Assembly (NCBI GenBank): GCA_965644265.1
Contig: OZ286459.1
Location: forward strand, 75,020,001 to 75,084,000
From: Glycera tridactyla
Lineage: Eukaryota
Length of the DNA stretch: 64,000 nucleotides
Direction: 5' to 3'
This document shows positions 25,101 to 36,597 of the stretch, in pieces. The number at the start of each line of letters is the position of its first letter. Positions within the stretch are counted from its first letter, which is position 1. The notes beneath the pieces were generated by a model. The model ran no database searches and was not told the DNA's origin. It saw nothing but the letters and a program-made list of their open reading frames with translations. Position numbers and translations under genes: made by a program.

Positions 25101-28100
25101 TCATCTTTGTCGTGAAATCCTTCAAGCAGTTTTAGGAAAACAAGAAATCGTTTCTTTTTCCGGAGAGATGAAGAATTCTAGTGTCCAGTTTCACTTGAAA
25201 TTTTCCACCTTTCTGATGAAGTGATTAATTCCTGTTCTGATCATCTTAGATTGTAGTACCGGTGGATGTCAACCGACAGATTATTTTTTGGATCATGTCC
25301 GAATCTTGTGGTTATTAAAACATACTGTTATTCACATCATGTTTAAACCCCGTGGTCATCTATACATATTCTTATTCAGATCATGTCAGATCTTTATGAG
25401 CATCAACATAATTCCTCATTCAAATCATGTCTGATCCTTGTGGCTAGCAACAAATTCTTTTTCGGATCATGTCTGACCCTTCAGGTTATTCACAAATTTT
25501 ATAATCAAATTTATATCTGATTCAGGATTCAGGATTTATTGTGTTGATTGATCAATGCTGATTATGTTATAACAGCAATCAAACTGTCAAACTGTGATGC
25601 CTACTCAACAGACATGTAATGATGTTGCTGGTTGATTGCTACATGACTTACCACTATTCGGGCAATATTGAGATGCCAATGATGATTACTGAGCAACCTA
25701 CATGGTCTCTTAGATATGATGGAAAAGGCATGTAATTTCACAAGGGCATCTCACTATTCATAATTTTCAACATTTCAATGAATGTGAATTAATGGATTTC
25801 TGATGAGTGTGAATGTCCACTATGATGATTCTGAATACTACAGGTGAACTGGACGAGGTGTGAATAACTGATTATAATACAGTTATACAAGGTCTATCTA
25901 GCAGGACTTGAGTTGTGTGGATCTTCAACATCAAATATTAACATGAAAGAAAGATGCACATGAATAGAAACAATCAACACCTATGACAATGAAATACGTC
26001 AAACAATAAAATGAATTCATGATAAACAAATATACATCAGTCCTACAGGTGAAAGAAATGTTATAACCACCCAGCCTATGGTAATTCTACAAATATTCAA
26101 TACTATAATACAAGTACATAATCTAAAAAAAAACGGCACATAACTAAATCAGGACATGATATATCCAGGTTTATCATTATATTCCATATCCTCCCATATA
26201 TTATTGAAAAATATTAGCAGTCTAGCATCATAAAAGTGATTTATTGTACTATAAAGCATGACGTAAATACCATTTAGCATCCTGTAACCTGGTATGCCTC
26301 ACAAAGGAGATCAAGTCATATCCTAAGCATTGTCAGATGAATGACCCCATCTCTGGTAATGAATTACTTCTCACTGCAATGAATGTATTTGTATCTACAA
26401 ATAGGACAAATGGATTTTTACTCAGCTGAAAATTTCCTGAATGGGCAGACGCAGTCATTCACTATTTCCTGTCAGCAAAAAGCACCATTTGAACAACTGC
26501 AGTCAGGAATCTATATAGTCAAAAATGGCTAAATAATGGATCAATGAATTCCTTCTTGGAAAAACTGTTCTCATTCATGGAGATTGTTCAGTCACCAAAT
26601 AGTCGGTTGACAAGTAGGTACCAAAGCTTCAATGCTAGTAAGACAGGAAGGACATTAGCCTCATAAATCTTTCAGACAAATGATCGCAAAAATGAATATG
26701 TAGATGTCAAAAATATAGAGGGGTCCACTATACTATAATTCAAAAGTAGAGGCTTAAATCGTCCAGACTACTTCTAATCCATTAATGTTGGATAGGCCAT
26801 GGAATATTGACAATTCTAACTACCCAAGATACCTCTTCCACCACTTCAAAATAGCTCAAAATCAGAAATCCTAGTCTGCTTTTCAATTTCTTCTCAGCCA
26901 TGCGGTACGAGGTGAATCTGATGTTAGGGTGTGGATAAACTTTCCCGAAACCATGTTCGCTCCTACACTCATGAGACCGGGTAAATCATAAATTCAACTA
27001 TATTTGATTGAAGGAAAGCAGGATAAATCTCATAATCAGGCATCATCTTGTTTTTGAACACCTGATGGGGGACTCTGCTGGATGAGGTATAGGATATAGG
27101 GTAGACTAGCAGTCGGTATTGCATGGTATATCGTGCCATCTGACAAGTCATATCAGGCATCTGATGCACAAGAATTTGATTTGAATACCATCATTTTTTC
27201 CTTTGAAAAATGACTGTATTCACATCCATGATGATAACGGGAATGATTTGGTGGAGGAAGAAAAAAACAGATTTTTTTATTGATAAGCCAAGATGACCTC
27301 AATGCTAATCATACGTTGAAAACAGACAGACAAGCATGCAGTACTGTCTCATCAAATGCTAGGAAGATGCTGTAAGGAATTTTTGATTTTGTACCGGGAA
27401 AAGTTTTGATTTTGTATTGGGAACAATTTTAGGTTTACATCAAACAAACTACACCCGATGATGTGATATCCTTCCCAGATTGAAAATGAATTGTAATTAG
27501 ATAGTGGTCAAGTACTTCTAGGATTCCACATTTTGAAGGTGCCTGATTCAAGTTTGGCAGGTTGAGTTGTCAGCTTTTTGCGTCTGCTGCTGTTTAGAGG
27601 GAGACAAACAGACTCTTCAAACTTCAGCATCTGGATCAGTTTTCCTCAAACTGTCTTCAGGAAGATCATGATAGTTCTCAGTTCAGCAGTTAAACTTAAA
27701 ATCCTAGTAGGAAATTGTTTATATGACACATTAGGACAACCCAATATACATGAAGCCTATGATATGATATGACTGCGCAAGCAGACAAGCAAGGAATGCA
27801 GATATAAGAATGCATAGTATAAAAGGAGAGGTACATGATTTCTGAGTTTGTGATGGTATTGAAGTGTTAACTTATGATACCAATCGCCATTCATCACTAG
27901 GAGAGATGCTACCCTTAATCACACCATTTTGCTTGATAGGTTTGAGCAGTGATAGCTAAGGCATAGAGGGAGAAATATGCAGCCAAGTACCCTAAATTCA
28001 TAGAACACCCCTGACCCTGCAGGCAACAGTCAAATGAATCCCCACTAATCCAGTGGAAAACACATACAAAATATAATCAGGTATCAATATTATTTGTTGA

Positions 28101-28265
28101 GTGTTCTTGACCTTGGTATTGAGGAGGTGGAAATTCATGATGGGGAAGTTCTTTCAAGATGCATCTGAATTCTTTCATCAGCAACAGGCTACTCTAAATT
28201 GCTCACATGACATGAAAGTTGAGATAGGCCACCCACATCACCACCTCCCGACCATCCTTCAACTA

Positions 28266-28759
28266 CAGTCGGTTCGCCGTTTTCTGTGGCGCCTGTTCTT
28301 CGCTGATCATTCTTGGAAAATACTTTACCGATATTTGTCAGAGAAACATCGTTTGAAGTTGTTCAGGACCTAATCTTAATTCAAGAGAAGTACCTGAAAT
28401 CACAAAGAAATACCTACGAATGTAGCGTGAATAGCTGACCAGTGCATTGTCCTATGTTTATATGATGCGTACGTGACGGTTCTGACACAGAAAATCGCAT
28501 TGTGACGTCATAAAAGAGTTCACAGGCCAACTGGCAGCATCGTATGTTCAACTGCTGCGTCACGGTGATAAACAAGCCCAGATCCGCTTCTATTACAGTT
28601 GATTACATTCACAAACATTTGTTGAATGGGTGAAATTCAGGTGGATATACAAGAGACAATATCCATCGCAAGTATCGGCATTGATACTTCTCAATAGAAT
28701 ACACATTTCAAAGATTTTTCAGCGAAGAACAGGTGCCACAAGACAAGGCGAACCGACTG
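28266..28759. mobile_element. 494-bp MITE with ~40-bp imperfect TIRs and TA TSD
   Basis: TA|CAGTCGGTTCGCCGTTTTCTGTGGCGCCTGTTCTTCGCTGA ... TCAGCGAAGAACAGGTGCCACAAGACAAGGCGAACCGACTG|TA. Confidence 0.88.
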
Positions 28760-30526
28760 TAGGACTCGGGCTGGCACACCCTCCCGAGCATATAAGGGGA
28801 GATCCTATGATCCTATGATCATGTTCCAATTTCCAATCCATGTAATCAAGCATCAGTGAAATTGCACTAGCCAGTTAATGATGAAAGAATGCAGGTACAT
28901 TCTGATAGCTCCCAGAATGAAACATTCACACCGTGAGCAGTGCAAATTGAACCTTCTGAACATGTTTGTATGTATATCCAGCAACCACTAGAAGGTCATG
29001 ATGCTATGCCTTTTTCCCAAAAGAGTCCACTCTTTAGGGTGCAAATATCGCAAGAGGAAGAAACCTATTTTGTTCGAGGTCTCAGCACACTAGCAATTTC
29101 TAGTAAAAACATTATATGTTGAGTGGGTAGAGAAGCAAATCAAACTCATCCACAAGGCAAATTTCATGAGCTATATGGAAAAGTTCTCACTGCCAGTTGA
29201 TATATTTGTAAATTTGATAGTGAATTGAGGGCAACAATTTCCACTGAACAGGATAGCTATGGGCTGGTGAAAATACATTCACTAAAATATCTAAGATCAT
29301 TTTGTCCACATTTCTGGTTGATTAGATTCAACCTCATGCAGCATCCAGGAAATCATGTCACATTGATGAATATGGCAGGTCTGGGTAGACATTAGAAGGG
29401 CAACTACCTGCCGCCCAACATCAAAGTGATCAACCACCATATGAAACTCATTTTTTGCATCAGTCACTCTGGCTACTGATGCGTGATCTGATTAATCAGA
29501 CTGCAACCTCCACACATTCCAGACCTGCCAATAATTACATCAATAGCAGTAACAACTTCCACTTCCCAAAATGCCTATTTTTTTGCAAACTTTATTAGCT
29601 ATCCCAATAACAAAAGTATTCATATTCATCCATAATTTGAGAGTTCTAAGCATGAAATCCGATATCTATGATGATGTGGCTTCCCAGCAATGGACAATTG
29701 CATACTTTGTCCTGCAGGGTCATCCCACACTCAAGGGTGAAATTAGTTGCATGGATGAATCTGTAGATGGCACTCTGCAAGACCAGTGCACATCAACACC
29801 AGATGGTTCTGAACAACTGTAAGATGTGGGTGACAAAATATCAATCTGACTTTTGATTTGACCGATAATCAATCTTTCAGTTGTGATACTGAATTCACTG
29901 GAAAGGAGGCTTGAAAGGAGGCTTGATCAAGGGGAGCCATATTGCTTACCAGGCATGTATAAGGGGCTGATGTGGATGCCCCTTATGAGAATTTCCTGCT
30001 GCACTTCTGCTGCTGCTGCTTCGGCTAAAGTGACCCTCATTGTAGCCATCAATCATGCATGCCATAGACCCTTAGTAATGGTGAACGGAAACTTCAGAAA
30101 AGGTTTAAAACCAGAGATTAAAATAATGTCTCTGGCAGTGTGGTCCAACAATCCAAAAAGAAAATCCATCTCTGGTTACACAGCATTGGGTTGCTGATGA
30201 GATTGGGTTGCTGCTGCTGATGCATTCAACATCTCAAACCTGATTCTGTCACTGATTTGGCTATTATCTGACTCTAGAAGGGTGTCTTATGAGAAATTAG
30301 ATAGAATGCATAGCACATTACTGCAATCTGTTTCATTCAAGATGAGACTTTAAGCAGGACATTACATGTCCCAGCTGCAGTTAGCACATCTAGAGTTTCG
30401 CTTTGCACCCATGGAATAGTTCATAGTTGACTAGCGGGAGAGGTTGCCATGGCTGCAGGGCACATGGCTTGAGAGAGACCTGCCATCACTGAGAAGAAAC
30501 ATACAGCACTTGGCTGTATCAGGCAA

Positions 30527-30540
30527 GTTGCCATGGCAAC
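30527..30540. promoter_or_regulatory. Perfect palindromic RFX X-box
   Basis: GTTGCCATGGCAAC, with a second near-match GTTGCCATGGCTGC at 30443-30456. Motif match only. Confidence 0.5.
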
Positions 30541-31046
30541 CAGGTTGCTGCCCGTGAAGTTTGTCGACAAAGCTCTGATCATCGATCTGTCGTCTGTGTA
30601 GGCACCAGTCAAGGCGGACATTTTTACACCCTGGCATCAAGTTGACTCATGATTGAAGTGACTTTATTACTCAACTCTTATTGACCTGATATAGTTTGAA
30701 TTATTGGCGGCAACATCCATGAAAATAGATCATCAGTTAGCCAAACTTGCCACATGAGCACATGAAATTGACAGTTCCAGAGGTTATTGAGTCACTATCG
30801 ACTTATACAGGTAATCGCAAAAAAATTGCAGTGAACGAGACAACTGACTGCATTAGATAACTGACTGCATTATACCCGCAGTCCAGTGCTCTATGCTTCT
30901 GGTGAGAAATGGGAAATGAATGAGTCCACATGATCCGCACTCAGATTTTCAGACAATCCATCCATTTTGATTGTTTGGGTCAATGTTCAATCAATTTTCT
31001 CTGTAGCCAAGATCATTTAATGATGAACAATTTAACATAATTAGTA

Positions 31047-31206
31047 CAGTCAAACCTGTTCTAAGCAGCCACCCTTCTGGAAGGCAAAAAGTGGCTGCTT
31101 AAAGCAGGTGACTGCTTAGAGCAGGTGAATTATAGTGAAAAAACCTCCCATGGGAAACACAAAAGTGGCTGCTTAGTACAGTGGCTGCTTAGGACAGGTT
31201 AGATTG
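31047..31206 (-). mobile_element. MITE, same family as 15799-15973, opposite orientation
   Basis: Its reverse complement aligns end to end with 15799-15973 apart from one deleted internal repeat. TA flanks on both sides. Confidence 0.88.
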
Positions 31207-31529
31207 TATGTTTCAATCTCAATACTGATGTGACATATCAGGGTGGAATGCACCAAGAGGATGCGACCGCCAATAATCCTCTTCAATATCAGATTCAATA
31301 TCATATCAGAAAATGCGACAAATTAAACTTAATAGCCAGAATGGGATAAACATGATATTATTTTCTCGCCCATAATTGGATTGGTCAATCACAGTTCAGC
31401 ATTTATCTTCTGCTGCCCCTGCTATTTATCATAAAATACATACTTCACAATGTCCCTAAACCATGAATCTCCACTCACAGACTAACCTATACCAGAGACC
31501 TTGGATAGGTCTGCCTATATCGAACAACT

Positions 31530-31650
31530 ATAGACCAAGCAGCCCATCTGCCTTCAGCAGTCATTCTTGAATTTCCCACCAGAGAATTTTTCTTCACAAT
31601 CATTTGCTTGTGCTCTCCATGGGTTGCTGTTTAGAAAAGGTTTGACTGCA
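31530..31650 (+). mobile_element. Degenerate copy of the 15799-15973 MITE family
   Basis: AAGCAGCCCATCTGCCTTCAGCAGTCATTCTTGAATTTCCCA ... AAAAGGTTTGACTG. Boundaries approximate. Confidence 0.5.
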
Positions 31651-34326
31651 CTCCAATGATGCATCACATTTGAATATGGTTTCAGGCTAGCTCTAAAATT
31701 TAATTTGATATATAGTAGTTCCAGAAGTGAAAATCATGTGATGTAAAGGTCTGATAATTATTCATTACTGCGGAACTAGTGGATTTGACATGCATTAATA
31801 TACCTCAATTGATAGAACACCTTTTTTGTAAGACAATTTCGATCAATTATTGGGGATCCTTATGGATTCCATAATATCAAATTGGTGACATAGGTTTGCA
31901 TGATTTGCATGAATTTGATATTTGCCTGAGTATGCTGATGCACATCCGATATGAAATTCTCAATAGATGATTGAAACTTGTGACAAAACCCATTAACCTT
32001 GCCTCTATAAGTATGACATATGAACATAATAATTTGGAAGATAAAAATACTGAGAAGGCAAAATTGTGGAATCACCATTATGATGAATAGAATCATTCAT
32101 TGGATTGCAATGAATGGAAGCCCAACGGCCACATCACCATGGTAACGTTGAGCATTCCAATTGACATTTGGAAAGTCAGAAAATTGCATTAGATTGCTAT
32201 CAGATATTCTGGAAAAATAGGCTGAGCTAGGCAAAATGGTGAAATATAAGACTGGCAAGTAAAAACCAGTGAATTCATAATGAAATCGTGAAAGATTTGA
32301 TATTACTGGCAGAAATAATTGGTTGAATGGTCAGGTGAGTTGGTGGATATCTGTGTATGTATCACCCAGTTTGATTGATGGAAGTTGCGATAAACTGATT
32401 GCGCTTCCACAGGCTGGATTATCTTGTATATGACACAGTTTTACCAGGAATCTGATGTCCGAGATATATTATTGGATCATTTCGATAATATATCGGGCTG
32501 TGAGATGCAAATTGGAGTAAAATCGCAAACTTGCAGTGAACTCATTCCAATCATCAGCAGAATGATGGTCAACTGCCATTCATCACCAGCTTCAATCTGA
32601 TCATATACTTGTAATTTGTGAGGAGGTTCCCCACACGGATCAGTGGTGCAAGTCAATAACCCTTATATATAAGAGGGGTATAATCAGTCTTACAGTAAAT
32701 GGGAGTTATTTCAGTGAACGTTTATACCCTTATCAGAAGCTTGTGCCATCGGGGTTTAATTGCAGCTTTAAAGTCTCATCATGAAAAGCGAATTTTCGTC
32801 ACAGCTGTCCAAAAAGACCAAGCATGCTTGCAAGGAAGATGCGTTCATGGCTAGGTGGCCTCTGTATATATAGGTGGTTTGTAGTATATAAAAATAACAA
32901 GGTTGCGGGAAAAGGTGGCTCCTAGAGGTTAGAGGGTTTTGTCCAGAGATGATCATCAGGGCGGGTTTGACTAGATTGGACTCTATCCCTGTTACTGACA
33001 TATTTGCACAAAACACATCCAGTTAACATTGGATTTAAACAAATCAATACTATGATATTACATTTTCGATAATGATAGGAGACCATGAATTATCATCAAC
33101 ATCACCTAGAGGTATGTAAATATTCTTCACTAATTTCTGCATGCCGGATCAGACTGATACAGAAACCATGAGCCATCAGAAAGGGTCCCCTCTAGTGGCA
33201 GCAATTCAAACTGTGGGACTTGAGTTCAAGGGCCTGAGAACAGACCAGAACGCCTGGTGCGGAAGCCACCTGAATCACCTTGTCATTCCAGTTCTGAAAA
33301 GCCTTTTTTTGTCAGTTGGAAGATATGATGCTGGCTTGAAATTTGGGTGATATGCTCCTGTCTGACTATAAGACCAAATACACAGTGATGAATGAGATTC
33401 TGCTTGCTGGCCCACTATGGCTCCCACCCGCACTTGCTGGCTCAGAATAGAAGTGAGTCAGATGGCTGTGCATCAATGGTAGGCCGGCACGAGTCAAAGG
33501 TGTGACGGAGGACAGAAGTAGATGACTACTGTGTGGCCATGGATATCACATCACTACATATTTGGACCTCGCAATGATTGCTGGTATACAGTGACAAATA
33601 CGAACCTCACGCACAAATGTTAACTTGTCTTTGTAGGAACACCTCCTAATTTTGAATCCAGGATTGATGACGGCATGGGTTGAAATCACCCAACAGCCAT
33701 CTCTTTGGGCAATCCACCCGTCTACAAAAGCCACTTCTTTCAATAGTAATTTGAACTCAGCGATGTGAATGGCTCACTGTCAGAAACCATGAAAACCTGA
33801 CTGGAGGCACTTTTCACCAATATTTTGTGGAATGAAAAAAAAATAAAAAATTGCCAAGTAATGGGTTCTATAACTGCATATAAAGTTTGTGCTTTATCTC
33901 CATCAATTCTGGTCCGATTTCCATGATCTAAAATCCAAAATAATCAGCATGAATTGTTGTATTTCTGATCAGAAACCCAGAAATCTGCAGAAAAATCAAA
34001 TCCCTGTCAACTTGGGACTACCTGAGGAAAATATGGGAATGGCTATGGAAGCAGGCCACCAAGATGAAAGTTTATCATCATGACCATGTCCACCAGTTCT
34101 TAGCATTGAGTCAAGTAGTATCGACAAATATATCCATCCCTAACAACAGTGACACTTACACATCAATCCATATATGACTGTATAACATCAGTGAGAGAAA
34201 TGGTGATAAAGTAGGTAACAAATATGATGAGAAAAATGAATAAGTAGAAGATTTTGCTGGAGTTGCTCTTACCATCACCAACAAAATAAAATATACATAT
34301 ATTAATGCTTTGACTGCTCTACTTAC

Positions 34327-34437
34327 CTCGTACATATAAATTGGCACCGTACGATATAGCCACGCCAGCTTCATTCGAAGCCATACATTCGTATTTACCC
34401 TCATCAGATTCCTGACTATGACGAATCTGCAGGGATC
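34327..34437 (-). CDS. Lar: LAR-family RPTP exon, Ig2 C-terminal half ([37 protein letters not shown])
   Basis: 111 nt, phase 1-1, absent from the ORF track and found by reading the minus strand. Acceptor tttgtag|GA, donor CGAG|gtaagt. It joins the previous exon in frame (DTG-SLQI) and carries the D-x-GKYEC-x-A-x-N...ANLYVR signature. Confidence 0.97.
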
Positions 34438-35249
34438 CTACAAAATGATGTCAAAACAAGTGTTGATATCACCAAACTTGAAATACAGTGATGTCAATAA
34501 CACGACATTGTTTTTTCGGAAATGTGGATGAATCATCTGAAATGACCCTGTCAAACGTATCTATTCTGAAACTTAGATCAAAATTTCAGGCAACTTTTCA
34601 CCCAATTTTTCAAATTCTGAAAATTTTCATGAAATTGGCACAACTGAAAATGCATGTAGATATGACCATAATTTGCTGATAACAAGCATGAAGTTGAGAT
34701 AAGAATACCAAATCGGAGGTATTGTAACTGGACTTTCAAGTTGTCATATCAAGTTACTATATACCACAAACCATAACATCTTATCATAATATGGCAGAAT
34801 CATGTGCGCCATTTTGGCACATAATAAATGACTGTTAGTGTCATTTCATATGCTTTTTAACACAGAATATAGAGAATAAAACACATCACAACCCACTCTA
34901 TGAGCAAGTTGACTCCCCATGATAGGAAATGGATGACTATTATTAATGTACAAAATATTGCTCAAGGCTAAAGTTTATTTCTGATTATAAAAGATATGTA
35001 ATCAAATCATAACGTCTATGCTCATTGATCAACATGGAAATGTCACAGATATCCTCCCATGAACCTCATCAATTGAGGACAGAGTCATGGTGATTCATTT
35101 GCATGATCATCTATAAAGATCAATGACAACCAGGGGTGCAGAAGGAAACAGGTAAAATGGGCTACAATCTGACCATGAAATACCACCAACAAAGGATCGC
35201 ACTATCAGTATGTGGTTTAATATGTTCTTAATAACTAGAGACTGCTTAC

Positions 35250-35423
35250 CTGTATCAAGTAATTTGAGTCGCGGATCAGAGAGATCGACAGGTATAAAAT
35301 CTTTTAACCACGTAATCTCTGGTTCAGGAGTACCTTCAGCACTACACAACATCACTGTGTTGCGATCTTTTTCTACCGCTTTCAATGTAGGACTTTCAGT
35401 AATTCTTGGATACCCACTTGGCA
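35250..35423 (-). CDS. Lar: LAR-family RPTP exon, Ig2 N-terminal half (xPSGYPRITESPTLKAVEKDRNTVMLCSAEGTPEPEITWLKDFIPVDLSDPRLKLLDT-G)
   Basis: 174 nt, phase 1-1. Acceptor tctttctctgttgcag, donor G|gtaagc. The translation matches the LAR Ig2 pattern P-x-GFP-x-I...LK-x-VE-x-x-R-x-x-x-MLC-x-A-x-G-x-P-x-PEI-x-W-x-KDF-x-PVD. Confidence 0.97.
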
Positions 35424-35909
35424 CTGCAACAGAGAAAGATGTGAACAAAATTAAAGGTAGGCAGAGAAGATCAACAAACAATCTCAAATTTGAGAAGAAA
35501 AAAAAAATTCTGCTGGATTAACATTCTTGGTAGTCTCGTTCAACAGGTGACCACAGCTGAAAGGCCTATAGTATAAAATACAACTCATGTCTTCAAGTGG
35601 TCTTTACATATAGGGGGTATTTGTACAGGGGTAATAGCCCAAGCGAAGTCCACTGCACAGTGGAATCTGCTCAAATGATCATCTCCATACAGAAGCTACC
35701 TGCTCACGAAAACCAATCAGAGATGACTACAAAAGGATCTTCGAATCACCTCTTCACAGAGACAACCTCTCTTATGAGAATCACCATGATAGCTATCCAA
35801 GGTGGTCTTCAAAGACAGGTTAGGTCAGACAGTTTGTGTGGTTTTTAGCATTGTCAAGATCTCACCCTGTGGGTCGTGTCCATCTGCACTCACCAACCAT
35901 GTATGTGTT

Positions 35910-35995
35910 AGTGTTAGTGTGTGTGCGTACGTGCGTGCGTGCGTGCGTGTGTGCGTGCGTGCGTGCATGCATGCATGCAAGCGGGTATGTGTGTG
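35910..35995. repeat. Compound (GT)n/(GTGC)n/(GCAT)n microsatellite
   Basis: Direct reading. Confidence 0.9.
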
Positions 35996-36597
35996 TATGA
36001 AATGTGATCCATCATGGAATCTAGCTAATTGCCAGACTGATAATTCATCTCCATCATACAGGCCCAAACACCAACTCATCCATCAGGACAGACCAAAGAA
36101 TTTTGAATTATACCATTTCCTGGGGTGTTTTCCATGAAAACCAAGGATCCCCATAGGGAGGAATCACATTCTTATTGCACTCTGTGTGCATATGGTATCA
36201 TTGTCTGAAATAAACAGGGTTGGAATCAGATCCTGTGGAGAGAATATTAGTAGATGGATTTCAATCAAATTCAAAAATATTCGAAATGTTTGGAAGAATT
36301 TAGGGCAAGCCGCTTCATTAAGTATGATGATAGATGCAACGGATGCCTAATTTCATCTACTACATGCTACTTTGGGGCACTTTTTCCATTTTTCTACTTC
36401 AATAAAAAGTATATTCAACATTACTATAGTCTGTTCAGGAAATGATTGCAATTTCAACTGGAGGCACTAGACCAGCATTTACTCCTGCCTACAGAGGCCA
36501 GTTGCTTATGCAACCCATGATGGCCCTCTATAGACAGATTCAACTTGATACTGGAAGAAACCTGTGGTTGTCCTACTGATTGGTTAACATCAAGGAT

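Noticed and set aside
26368-26373. 6-nt microexon candidate tgcag|TGAGAA|gtaatt
   Set aside because: Poor pyrimidine tract with an upstream AG close by; expected by chance.
28370-28393. 24-nt exon giving GTSLELRL, reminiscent of meB ELRE
   Set aside because: It lies inside a MITE and the donor would be gtcctg, which is very weak.
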